Of a stretch of DNA of 63,641 nucleotides, positions 18,369-26,956 are shown piece after piece. Both the position numbers and the translations under genes were made by a program. Position 1 is the stretch's first letter. Each line of letters begins with the position of its first letter. The stretch is taken from the IMG/VR virus record IMGVR_UViG_3300036830_000465, positions 1 through 63,641 of that record; one strand, written 5' to 3'. This stretch comes from a virus (lineage: Duplodnaviria > Caudoviricetes). Under the pieces are notes generated by a model that saw nothing but the letters and a program-made list of their open reading frames with translations, searched no databases and had not been told where the DNA came from.

Positions 18369-20081
18369 CTAGAGCCATTGATCCACCTCGTCGCTGGGGA
18401 CATATAACGCCGTACAGCGACAATTCTTCACGACCACACCATTGGCGATGTAATATCCTCTACGTGTTTCGAGGGTAAATACATGACCGCTAAAATCACT
18501 TCTTTCGACAGAGACGATCTTGTCCGTGCCCGTCAGGACAGACTCACGCTTGAGCAAATGGCAGAGCGCTTCGGCTGCAGCATTCCCCTTATATCGAAGC
18601 GCCTCGTAGAGTGGGATTTCGAACGAACGGGCGGGCGACTGAAATTTGATACCGCCGAGATCGTTGCGCGTTTCAAGCGTGGCGAATCGGTCAAGGCGAT
18701 CGCCGCGGCCTTGAATACGTCCAGAAACGTTATCGGCCGCCGACTTCACGAATCGCGCATCACGCCCCGCAATAGAAGCGAAGGCATGCTTCAGAGAATG
18801 GCGAATTCTACGGCTGAGGAGCGGAGCCGTTGGTCTGATGCCGCCCATGCTGCAGTTCGCGGGAACCGCCAGCATTTCATCCGTACGGCCCTTACAAGGA
18901 ATTGCAAGATCGGTCGGGGAGAACTGGACATGATTGGCTGGCTCGGTGAGCGCGGCATTGCCTGCGTTCCGCAGAAGCCGGTCCAGTCGTATGTAATCGA
19001 TATCGCCTGCGCCCCGGTCGCCGTAGAAATTTACGTTCTGATTAGCAATCCGATGACTTTCGTGAAGCGCCGAAACCGAGCGATAGAAATCATGAAATCC
19101 GGATGGAGCTTTATCGGCGTTTGGATTTCGCAGAGACACCCGGTCTTGATCGAAGCGGCCGCTGATCACGTGGTCGCCTTCATTCAGGAGTCCAAGGGCT
19201 TTCCAGCCGGAGAGCGTCAGTACCGGGTGATTCGGGGTTCCGGTGAGCTTTACGCCGCTGGCCGTTTGGATGGTGACCACCTGACCGACATATAGCTGCC
19301 GGAACAGGCCTGCAGCATCCGGCGATTCAAATTCAGTCTCACCGATAAAGCAGTTCGCTATTTCTTCGATCGGTCCATTGGGGTCCAGGGGATAAAGGAG
19401 TCCGTTGCTGAAGGTGTCATCCATGTCCACCGCCTCCCGGATCTGATGCGACTCCCGCACCTTCTCATCCTGAGAGTTCGACCAGATCTTCTGGAGGTCG
19501 AGACCGGTCGCCTTCGCATTGATGTAGTCGCCGCCACTGGCGGCAATGCCGGTTTCCACCTGAGCAATCAACTCCGAGCGCGACACGCTCATTTCGTCGA
19601 ACAGGTCGCGGATATCCTTCGCGGTCTCGACAATGCTGTTGCCGTTTTTGATGCCTTCGGCCACGCGCACCGAAACGCGCTTCAGTGTGGTCTCGGCGAT
19701 ATCGTCGGAGACTTTGGCAACGCGGGACTTGGCAAACGCCGTCGCCTGCTTATCGAACAATTTCAGGTCGATGTTGACGCCGAGGTCGTGCAGCCCGGCA
19801 TTGTTCTGCGTGCCGGTCAGCTTCATCGCGCCTTTGATTTTGACCTGCAGCAGCTTGTTCCATTCCTTCTGGGACTCCGATAACACCTCAGTCACGGCAA
19901 TGTCGATCGAGTGGCCATCGTTGAAATCGATCTGCCGGGAGGCCTCCAGGCCGGTAATGCGATCGGCAATCATACGGCCCTGCTTTCGGAATAATGGCTT
20001 GAGCTTCTTTGCGAACTCGCGCTCGTAAGCGAGGAGTTTGGCCGACCGCTTCTGCTGGTATTCTTCAATCGTTTTTACCGT
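18369..20081 (-). CDS. MuF-like minor head protein containing an intein; frame open back to the A9 run at the portal 3' end
   Basis: RSELIAQVET, KIW....D.KVR.SH, FSNGL.YP.DP, N|CRC; first in-frame ATG at 19973. Confidence 0.85.
   Translation of the reverse strand, partial: TVKTIEEYQQKRSAKLLAYEREFAKKLKPLFRKQGRMIADRITGLEASRQIDFNDGHSIDIAVTEVLSESQKEWNKLLQVKIKGAMKLTGTQNNAGLHDLGVNIDLKLFDKQATAFAKSRVAKVSDDIAETTLKRVSVRVAEGIKNGNSIVETAKDIRDLFDEMSVSRSELIAQVETGIAASGGDYINAKATGLDLQKIWSNSQDEKVRESHQIREAVDMDDTFSNGLLYPLDPNGPIEEIANCFIGETEFESPDAAGLFRQLYVGQVVTIQTASGVKLTGTPNHPVLTLSGWKALGLLNEGDHVISGRFDQDRVSLRNPNADKAPSGFHDFYRSVSALHESHRIANQNVNFYGDRGAGDIDYIRLDRLLRNAGNAALTEPANHVQFSPTDLAIPCKGRTDEMLAVPANCSMGGIRPTAPLLSRRIRHSLKHAFASIAGRDARFVKSAADNVSGRIQGRGDRLDRFATLETRNDLGGIKFQSPARSFEIPLYEALRYKGNAAAEALCHLLKRESVLTGTDKIVSVERSDFSGHVFTLETRRGYYIANGVVVKNCRCTALYVPSDEVDQWL
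18423..19352 (-). mobile_element. Intein (310 aa) in MuF
   Basis: Starts CFIGET, block B TPNHPV, ends VFTLET....Y.ANGVVVKN followed by +1 Cys; splits the conserved NCRC motif. Confidence 0.88.
18483..19295 (+). CDS. HTH-HTH plus Vsr/DUF559-like endonuclease nested antisense in the intein
   Basis: Two HTH segments (LEQMAERFGCS, SVKAIAAALNTS); E.....L...GI....QK....Y.IDIA...VAVEI nuclease-type motif. Confidence 0.78.
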   Translation: MTAKITSFDRDDLVRARQDRLTLEQMAERFGCSIPLISKRLVEWDFERTGGRLKFDTAEIVARFKRGESVKAIAAALNTSRNVIGRRLHESRITPRNRSEGMLQRMANSTAEERSRWSDAAHAAVRGNRQHFIRTALTRNCKIGRGELDMIGWLGERGIACVPQKPVQSYVIDIACAPVAVEIYVLISNPMTFVKRRNRAIEIMKSGWSFIGVWISQRHPVLIEAAADHVVAFIQESKGFPAGERQYRVIRGSGELYAAGRLDGDHLTDI

Positions 20082-21454
20082 TTTTTTTTACGGACGGCGG
20101 TTAATACCAAAGAACGGGAAGCGGAGGCGGATCCGGAATCACCGTCCCCCTCATCGGGCGGCGGCACGCCCAGCACGGCCTTGTACTGCGACACGAACTC
20201 GCTGTGGCTCATATCGTCGGTCCCATCACCGGCCGGAGCAAATCCCAGGGCGGCGCGGTATTCTCCGCGGCTGATGCCATCGGCGAGCCACTGCTTGGTG
20301 GCCAGGTCGGTCTGTTCTTTCTCGTCCCAGGGATCGATGTTCGTGTAGGTGTAAACCAGATCCAGAATCTTCGGATCATTGGCGAGTTTGGCAATGCGGG
20401 GAATCACACGCTCGGTAATCCGGTTGGCCAGCGCGATACCGTAGGGCCGGACCGACTCTTCGATGCTGGCCGCCTGGCTGACCTCACCCTGGCTGCGGTT
20501 CACATCGCGCTCGATATTGAAATCCTGAGCCTTGAGCCGGAACGAAAACGCAAACACGCGGATCAGGATTTCCCAGTACTTGAGATACATCCCGTCGTCG
20601 TCGAGCGCCTTCAGCTGCAGCGTTTCTGGCTTGCCCATGCCGCCGAAAATGCCGGGCTTGGCGCGGCCAGTCAGCGTCGATTCCCAGTAATTCTGAAACC
20701 GGTCGACCATCGTCTGGTCGGCGGCCTCTCCCAGGGAAACCAAAAACGCAGGGTAAGCATCGGAAGCGACGTTGGCCTGATAGTTGGACAGCTTCAAGTA
20801 GGCGTCCATAGTGCTCAGCGCGACTTCGAGTGGGGACACGCCATAGGCCGTCGACGAGCGCCGGCGCATGATGATCGCTTCAATCTGGGAATCCAGCAGC
20901 GGGACAGGTTTCGGGCCGCCCTGCTGGACCCAGCGCGGCTTTGTGGGATCGCCGGCCCAGAGTTCGGTGCGCTCCAGACACCAGCCGGGAATCGGGATCA
21001 GCGCCAGAATGTCGTTCGGTACCGGCGCCGGCGTGGGTTTTTCCACGTATTCAAAGACACCCATGTCGAACGTCAGCTGATCCTCGACAATCTGCCCGAC
21101 AAACGTGGGCCAGTCGCCATCGTCGATGTTCGGATTGTCGAGCACGCGGCGCACGGTATCGATCTGTTTGGAATAGTCCACGCTGTCGTCGATGTGTTCG
21201 GGCGACGGCTCGATGCTGTATTCCAGCGCCTTCACCTTGTCCGTGATGAGGGTAATGGCACGCGATGCAATGGGAGTTTCTGCAAGCTTGATCAGCGTGC
21301 GCCAGTCGCGCCGCAGCTTTCGGGATTCGCTGGAGCCTCTCGGCCGCGGAACGCCACCAAACCGCAGCTGGGCCGCGGGAATGGTCACCTGCTCGGCCGC
21401 CCGCAGTTCGGGTAACGGCTGGAGCAATCCAAACTTTTCGAGAAGCTCTCTCAA
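20075..21454 (-). CDS. Portal protein
   Basis: 459 aa after TerL; LDNPN, YGVSPLE motifs. Confidence 0.88.
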   Translation of the reverse strand: MRELLEKFGLLQPLPELRAAEQVTIPAAQLRFGGVPRPRGSSESRKLRRDWRTLIKLAETPIASRAITLITDKVKALEYSIEPSPEHIDDSVDYSKQIDTVRRVLDNPNIDDGDWPTFVGQIVEDQLTFDMGVFEYVEKPTPAPVPNDILALIPIPGWCLERTELWAGDPTKPRWVQQGGPKPVPLLDSQIEAIIMRRRSSTAYGVSPLEVALSTMDAYLKLSNYQANVASDAYPAFLVSLGEAADQTMVDRFQNYWESTLTGRAKPGIFGGMGKPETLQLKALDDDGMYLKYWEILIRVFAFSFRLKAQDFNIERDVNRSQGEVSQAASIEESVRPYGIALANRITERVIPRIAKLANDPKILDLVYTYTNIDPWDEKEQTDLATKQWLADGISRGEYRAALGFAPAGDGTDDMSHSEFVSQYKAVLGVPPPDEGDGDSGSASASRSLVLTAVRKKKR

Positions 21455-21684
21455 TTAGCGTGTCCCTTTTTCAGGCGTTCGGCGAACGACGATCCCACTT
21501 TTCCAAACTGGGATGCCAGGACAAGTGCAGCTTCAACGAGGAGAACCAGCGGCCAAAAGAGCATGATCAAGCCGAGCGTGGTGGCCTGCTTCGGCGGCGC
21601 CATGGCCAGAATATAAGCGACCAGGAATATCGCGCCGGTCAAACAATACAGCAGAAGCAGCAATGCGGCGAAGGGTAATTGCAT
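21451..21684 (-). CDS. Small two-TM membrane protein
   Basis: Two hydrophobic helices; AGG RBS. Confidence 0.55.
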   Translation of the reverse strand: MQLPFAALLLLLYCLTGAIFLVAYILAMAPPKQATTLGLIMLFWPLVLLVEAALVLASQFGKVGSSFAERLKKGHAN

Positions 21685-21712
21685 GGGACCTGAGCCTTTC
21701 TCCGGTGAACGG

Positions 21713-23092
21713 TTAAAACATGAAAACGAGTTTCTGTTTGCGCACCTGCTCCAACGCATAGCGAATGGAATCGATGACGTGATTCTGCTTGTCAACCGGC
21801 ACCGGCAGCACCAGGCCGGACTGCGGATCGACTTTCCACGAGTAATTGCGCAGCTCCCGCAGGGTGTTCACGCAGCGCGGGTGAACGACGACGTCATAGC
21901 TCTTGATGAACTCGATGCCGTCCTTGACCGAGTTCGCGCCTTTTTCCGCGGCGATCATCTTCGGGAAACCATGGCTCTTCATGTGCGCGATGGTTTCCGG
22001 CCGCGCCGAATCGGCCCGGATGGGCCAGTCCCGGGAGCCGGGAATTCCCGGACAGTCGCGCCACCGGTTCATGCCGTCCGACTCCCATGCCTCGACGTTC
22101 AAGCCGCGCAGCTGGCGGTCTGCGGTGCCACCGAACAGGAATGGCAGGTAGGCGATATCGCAATGCTGCGCATAGGCCTCGTAATCGATGTAGAGGGTTT
22201 TCTCTTCGATGAACGTGCGCACCAGCACACTCGGATCGACCGCATAGCCCCAGTCTCCGCCGAAGAAAAAATGAGTGCCTTCCTTCGGCTCCGGGAATTC
22301 TCCGGGCTTCGCCTCTCGAAAGTTTTTAAAGATCCGCGCCTCGGAATTGCGTTCGTAGCCGCCCATCCAGATGTGTTCGTACTTGTCGGAATCGCGCTTG
22401 CGGTCCCATTCCATATCGACACGCAACGATGACGGGAACCACGGATTGTCCCAGTAGTTCACCTGGCGGACGATGGCTTCCGGATGCAGCTCCCAGTTTT
22501 GCCCGGGCTTGCGCGGGCCGTTGCCGCGGAAGAAATCATCGACCGGATCGGAAGGGTTCGTGGGATTCCAGGAGAACCACAGTTCGGCACGTTCCGCCAG
22601 CTGCAGATCCATGACATCGGTGGATTCCGAATCTGTCGGCGCGCTGGCAGGCCGGTCTTTCCGGATGGTCGGCGTCAGCTTTTCGAAGCTGGCTTTCGAA
22701 ACCGTCTGCGCCTCTTCGACCCAGACGCGGTCGATGCCTTCCATGGATTTGATCGAGTTGATGCTGCTGCGCAGTCCGGCAAACACGAACAGGGAATTGT
22801 TTTTCCGGCCGCGGATTTCCGTGTCCGTCGATTCGAACAGATCCGACAGGCCAAGCGCGGCAATCTTGTCATCGAGCAGCAGCTTCACCGAATCTTTGAT
22901 CGATGCCTGAATCTCACGGCAGCAGAGCGTGCGGTACGGACGGCTGACACTGGTGGTAATCAGCGCCTCGGCGATGGAATGACTCTTTGCGGAACCGCGG
23001 CCGCCCCAGACGCCTTTGTAGCGCATCGGCTGATAGAGGAAATCGAAGACTTCCGGGATGTGCGATTTAACGTGGAGTGTCGGACTTGACAA
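21713..23092 (-). CDS. terL: Terminase large subunit (PBSX family)
   Basis: GGRGSAKS Walker A, WVEEAQ Walker B, GGDWG, ADSARPETI, NHVIDSIRYA. Confidence 0.95.
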   Translation of the reverse strand: MSSPTLHVKSHIPEVFDFLYQPMRYKGVWGGRGSAKSHSIAEALITTSVSRPYRTLCCREIQASIKDSVKLLLDDKIAALGLSDLFESTDTEIRGRKNNSLFVFAGLRSSINSIKSMEGIDRVWVEEAQTVSKASFEKLTPTIRKDRPASAPTDSESTDVMDLQLAERAELWFSWNPTNPSDPVDDFFRGNGPRKPGQNWELHPEAIVRQVNYWDNPWFPSSLRVDMEWDRKRDSDKYEHIWMGGYERNSEARIFKNFREAKPGEFPEPKEGTHFFFGGDWGYAVDPSVLVRTFIEEKTLYIDYEAYAQHCDIAYLPFLFGGTADRQLRGLNVEAWESDGMNRWRDCPGIPGSRDWPIRADSARPETIAHMKSHGFPKMIAAEKGANSVKDGIEFIKSYDVVVHPRCVNTLRELRNYSWKVDPQSGLVLPVPVDKQNHVIDSIRYALEQVRKQKLVFMF

Positions 23093-23426
23093 ACGTGACC
23101 TCCACCTTGATTTCCTTCAGGCCTTCGATATCGGGCGCGACTTCGATCCGCTGTGTGGGCTTGCCTTCGACGCGATTGGCGATCTCGCGCAGGGCTTCCA
23201 CGTCGCCGTGAAGGGCGCGGCGCGCGAGTTGATCGGCCATCTTTTCAGCGACCGTCATCCTGCGCTTCCGGGGCTTCGCTGCGGTTTCGTCATCGTTGAG
23301 CCGGCGATCCAGCAGATCGCGCAATGCGTCGGAGATCGGCAATCGCTTCGGCCGCCCGCTGGGATTGCCGGATTGACCCTTCACCCAGGGAATTAAATTC
23401 TGGTGGCCCTTGTTGGTTGTGGACAT
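23067..23426 (-). CDS. terS: Terminase small subunit (DUF5681-type)
   Basis: KGQSGNPSGRPK; directly upstream of terL. Confidence 0.8.
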   Translation of the reverse strand: MSTTNKGHQNLIPWVKGQSGNPSGRPKRLPISDALRDLLDRRLNDDETAAKPRKRRMTVAEKMADQLARRALHGDVEALREIANRVEGKPTQRIEVAPDIEGLKEIKVEVTFVKSDTPR

Positions 23427-23513
23427 GGCTCCTCACGGTGGAGATCGAGGAGCAGCTGAGCGCGGCGCGCCCGGAGTAGGAGGAAGAACGTGATTTGATT
23501 TTATGCCTGATGG

Positions 23514-23762
23514 TCAAGCGGGCCATTTCTGTTCCCGCTCCAGGCGTTCCTTTTCAAGCTTCTCCGCAAACAGCAGCAGATTTTCCCCGTAACCAATCTG
23601 CTGGAATGCCTCGCCCTTGACCTTGATGAAATTCAGGGCAGCATCCAGCGTCGGGAAATCCCGGTAGCCATTCGGAAGCACAAGTGTCTTGACCACGCCT
23701 TCAATGAATTCGTTCTTTTTGTTGTAGCTGCTGGGAAGCTGCTGCAGGTAGCGAACGATCAT
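23514..23762 (-). CDS. Hypothetical protein
   Basis: GGAG RBS; ATGA coupling. Confidence 0.55.
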   Translation of the reverse strand: MIVRYLQQLPSSYNKKNEFIEGVVKTLVLPNGYRDFPTLDAALNFIKVKGEAFQQIGYGENLLLFAEKLEKERLEREQKWPA

Positions 23763-23938
23763 GAATCGGTTTTCTCCCCCACCGTCAACGCCCCCCTCTT
23801 GTAATTCTCCCGGTGCATCACCTTGTTTTCGTCAAACCAGATGCAGGCCACGGTGTCGCCGGACTGGTACTGCACGGTCATGCGGACGCCGGACTCGGAC
23901 GTCACGATGGTTCCGGACTTTAAGCGGTCATCAGGCAT
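23759..23938 (-). CDS. YodC/DUF2158-like small protein (59 aa, absent from ORF track)
   Basis: Manual translation MPDDRLKSGTIVTSESGVRMTVQYQSGDTVACIWFDENK...; AAGGAG RBS. Confidence 0.7.
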   Translation of the reverse strand: MPDDRLKSGTIVTSESGVRMTVQYQSGDTVACIWFDENKVMHRENYKRGALTVGEKTDS

Positions 23939-23948
23939 AGGACTCCTT

Positions 23949-24128
23949 TCAATCTTGATTCTCAGTAACCACCGTCAGCGTCTTCGGATCGAACCCGCCG
24001 CGCTTGCGTGTCTTGCCCTCAAACCAGACGCAATTCACGCGGTCCTTCGTCACATGCTCGACGGTCATCGGGACAGTACTACCGGTCTGGGTCACCACGT
24101 CGCCAACGGTGAATTGTTGGTCAGACAT
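23949..24128 (-). CDS. YodC/DUF2158-like small protein
   Basis: FTVGDVV......PMTV........CVWF; AGGAG RBS. Confidence 0.75.
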   Translation of the reverse strand: MSDQQFTVGDVVTQTGSTVPMTVEHVTKDRVNCVWFEGKTRKRGGFDPKTLTVVTENQD

Positions 24129-24492
24129 TACGTTTCTCCTTGACGCACAATTTTCGGGAAAACCAGCCACGGAAACCGACTGACGGCTTCGGCCTGATCG
24201 TCCATAGCGCATCCGCGTCGAGTTGCGGGTCTCTGTATGGTTCTGGCCTGATCGTATTCAGTGGGCTTGCATCGCGCCGCGGATCTCGGTGAGGCAGGCA
24301 GTAAACGTGACGGTCAAGCTTCGCCCAGAGTTGGACGATCTGATCTTCAATCTCGCGATGTGCCCGCTCCGCCGCGTGCGCCCTCTTGAATAAATCCTCG
24401 CATTCGGCGCTGACGCGGCGTTCTTCCGTCTGAAGTGTCCCGATCTCTTCCAATATTGCGAGCTTTTCCAGCCGGTCTTTCGTCTCTGCCAT
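24121..24492 (-). CDS. Hypothetical coiled-coil protein
   Basis: RBS, operon packing. Confidence 0.55.
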   Translation of the reverse strand: MAETKDRLEKLAILEEIGTLQTEERRVSAECEDLFKRAHAAERAHREIEDQIVQLWAKLDRHVYCLPHRDPRRDASPLNTIRPEPYRDPQLDADALWTIRPKPSVGFRGWFSRKLCVKEKRNV

Positions 24493-24494
24493 AG

Positions 24495-25028
24495 CTATCC
24501 TTCCAAAATCGTGAATGGGCCACGCACACCAGCACTGAAACGCTCGGCCGCTTTCAGGGCAATCTCAATCCGTGGCCTTGGTTCAACGTGTGACGTCGCG
24601 AACATCGCGCCATTTGCAACTTGGTCACCGCAGCCACAGGCTGCGAATCCATCGGCGGCGGCCGCAACTTGGTAGTCGCTATCGACGTAATACAGTTTGC
24701 CGCGGTAGCCCAGCAGAAACGTTCCGCCGCGTTCTCTGCCATCGTGCGACGTTGCGAATCCCCCGGATTTCAGAATGTCGCGAACCGCATTGATGAACGT
24801 CGTCACAAGAAAGCGGTAATCATCCACGCCTTCGGCGCGGGACGGCGGACTAAAACTGAATCGAAGGAGCTGCCCCATGCGAAACGATGTCGTGAAGCCG
24901 AAAAGGAATTCGCCGTTCTTGAAAACCTTTTCGTCGGAGCGCACCGTTAAGTCCAGCCCGGAAACTCCGGCGCTGTCCCCTCCGATATATACTTTGCCGT
25001 TTTCGGCAATGCCGACAATGCAGGTCAT
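24495..25028 (-). CDS. Ntn-hydrolase (HslV/proteasome beta-like) peptidase
   Basis: N-terminal (M)TCIVG, GGDS, EKVF, A.GCG...A.GAM. Confidence 0.78.
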   Translation of the reverse strand: MTCIVGIAENGKVYIGGDSAGVSGLDLTVRSDEKVFKNGEFLFGFTTSFRMGQLLRFSFSPPSRAEGVDDYRFLVTTFINAVRDILKSGGFATSHDGRERGGTFLLGYRGKLYYVDSDYQVAAAADGFAACGCGDQVANGAMFATSHVEPRPRIEIALKAAERFSAGVRGPFTILEG

Positions 25029-25303
25029 GCTTGGCAGGCCCCGACGTGAACGGTGTCATCGCTGCGCATCGCAGCTAATGCACGGCCTATTGTTTTAAAT
25101 GCGCTGGTGGTGGTAGTACCGGGATTTGCATCGTCGCCATGGATGGGATCGACGTAGAAGTTGGTGCCATAAAAGACAGGCGCATTGTTCGACTCGAAAA
25201 GGATTCCTTCCGTTGCAGGCGCTGGCGCAGCTTCAGCCGCAGTGGGAACTGCAACTGCCAGCGGAATCCCCAGCAGTGACTTGAGTAAGTGTCTTCGGTT
25301 CAT
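25025..25303 (-). CDS. Tat-signal mini-protein with DUF1565-like motif
   Basis: MNRRHLLK + hydrophobic stretch + AEA; YVDPIHGDDANPGT....FKTI..A. Confidence 0.6.
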   Translation of the reverse strand: MNRRHLLKSLLGIPLAVAVPTAAEAAPAPATEGILFESNNAPVFYGTNFYVDPIHGDDANPGTTTTSAFKTIGRALAAMRSDDTVHVGACQA

Positions 25304-25671
25304 ACGGTGCTTCCTTTCGGCCTGGCGACGGCAAGACGCAGGCGCTCAATACATTTATCGGTCAGGCGAATATTGCCGTCGTCCAGCAGTTCGGCAAATC
25401 CAGCCTCGGCTAGCTCCTCTGGACACGGCCCCAGGAATGGGTTCGTCAGTAGACTCTTCCAGTACTGGCTCTTTTCGCTGAGAGCCTTCAACACTGCAAT
25501 GATTTCACTGCCCATGATCGGGCGCCATACGTTGCCGCGCTCAGCCAAGGCCTGCACGATGCAGGCGGCGGTAAATTCAAGCTCCGTACGGCCAAGAGTT
25601 GCCGTTAGCGGGATACCGCAAATCTGAACATCGGCCGGATTGAAGTCTGGCGCTAGAGTTGTCTCGCTCAC
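25300..25671 (-). CDS. Hypothetical protein
   Basis: GAGG RBS; coupled stop/start. Confidence 0.55.
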   Translation of the reverse strand: MSETTLAPDFNPADVQICGIPLTATLGRTELEFTAACIVQALAERGNVWRPIMGSEIIAVLKALSEKSQYWKSLLTNPFLGPCPEELAEAGFAELLDDGNIRLTDKCIERLRLAVARPKGSTV

Positions 25672-25708
25672 TTGATGCCTCGCATTCTAATTAAGTCATC
25701 GCGGCCGG

Positions 25709-25879
25709 TTATTTAGTGCGAAAAGTCAGATGGCTTTCTGACCATACCTGAATGATGATTTCGCCATCCTCATACTCGACATCTTCAGCGATGCCGAGTG
25801 GTTCACCGTTGTTATAAAGGCGCACCTCGCAGTCGTCGCCCATATCTTGCATCGCGTCGATTAATTCGCGCTTCGTCAT
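25709..25879 (-). CDS. Small acidic hypothetical protein (56 aa)
   Basis: Manual translation MTKRELIDAMQDMGDDCEVRL... Confidence 0.5.
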   Translation of the reverse strand: MTKRELIDAMQDMGDDCEVRLYNNGEPLGIAEDVEYEDGEIIIQVWSESHLTFRTK

Positions 25880-26000
25880 AGCTCTCGCTTTCTATTTTGC
25901 GATGGCCGGATTTGCACCGGCCGCTTAACGGCTGCATCGGGGAAAGGATAAAGCCCGATTGCAATCTTCCGGCGCACCCGGGAAGAGCACCGCGCAATTC

Positions 26001-26435
26001 CTACTGATCCTCGACCGGCCCGGTCTGGATCGTGAAGCCCACAGCCTCGGCCGCAATCACCGTCACATCCAGCGTCCCGGTGATCGAGCGCACGCCTTCA
26101 CCGAGATCGGCATCGGCCGTCACGTTGACCTGAACGCTGCCCGGCGCGAGTCCGGAGATCACGCAGGATAGGCCGTCTGCTGCGGGAGACAGGGTCACCA
26201 CGCCATCGGCGGACACTGACCAGAGCGGACCGCCATCGACGGCGGCCGGATTGCCCTTGACGTCAACGGGCTGAATCGAGACATTGCACTTTTGAACGGC
26301 GGACAAACTGAGCATGGAAATCTCCTTGTGATGAAAAATGAAACGAAATCCGGCGGCCGAACGCTTCGGCCCCAGATGCAACAGGACAACGATCAGGACG
26401 AAGAGAATCGCGATGAGGATTAAATCGAAAATCAT
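26001..26435 (-). CDS. Ig-like domain protein with N-terminal TM anchor (second start at 26315)
   Basis: TM MIFDLILIAILFVLIVVLL; D.KGNP...W.VS..G.V...V.V.A Ig-like pattern. Confidence 0.65.
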   Translation of the reverse strand: MIFDLILIAILFVLIVVLLHLGPKRSAAGFRFIFHHKEISMLSLSAVQKCNVSIQPVDVKGNPAAVDGGPLWSVSADGVVTLSPAADGLSCVISGLAPGSVQVNVTADADLGEGVRSITGTLDVTVIAAEAVGFTIQTGPVEDQ

Positions 26436-26956
26436 GCGGCGGGGGTTCCTTTCGCGGTGCCAGTGGATGTTTCTCTGAATTGAAAGAACTGGCAGCCGCG
26501 CGCCAAGCAATACCAGGGGAAGTCGAAGCGAAATATAGGGCGGCTGAAAGTCGTGATCTCGCCACACTTCGGACATGTGGCATCGTGGATAAACTCGTAT
26601 TGGCTAGGAACTTCGGTTGTGCTGGCGGTTCCTTTCCGCTCCGATTCCGCAGGCACGAACTTAAGATCCGCTCGGTTGTAGAGCGTTTGACATAGCTGTG
26701 CTGTACACCGGAAAAATGTATTACTGGCCCTAGGTCTGGTGAGGTCCGAGGGGATTCCACACTGCGGACACTTGCCGCCGCGTATTCTCTCTTCGTTGCC
26801 GAAAACCTCGACGATGATCGGAGAGTCTTTGGTGTCTGGCTTCAGCCCGTAAAGCTCCCGTATCGCCTCCAGTCCTGCAATCCCGCGGTCAATCAACTCG
26901 CGTTCGTGTTTGAGATCCGCCAGGGCTTCATCGAGTGTGGATGGGGCGAATTTCAT
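26432..26956 (-). CDS. Zinc-ribbon protein
   Basis: CPQC/CTAQLC and CPKC/CLARGC pairs. Confidence 0.6.
   Translation of the reverse strand: MKFAPSTLDEALADLKHERELIDRGIAGLEAIRELYGLKPDTKDSPIIVEVFGNEERIRGGKCPQCGIPSDLTRPRASNTFFRCTAQLCQTLYNRADLKFVPAESERKGTASTTEVPSQYEFIHDATCPKCGEITTFSRPIFRFDFPWYCLARGCQFFQFRETSTGTAKGTPAA

Noticed and set aside
14223-21415. Long plus-strand ORFs (14223-15164, 16259-17407, 20204-21415)
   Set aside because: Typical high-GC antisense shadows with no domain motifs, unlike 18483-19295
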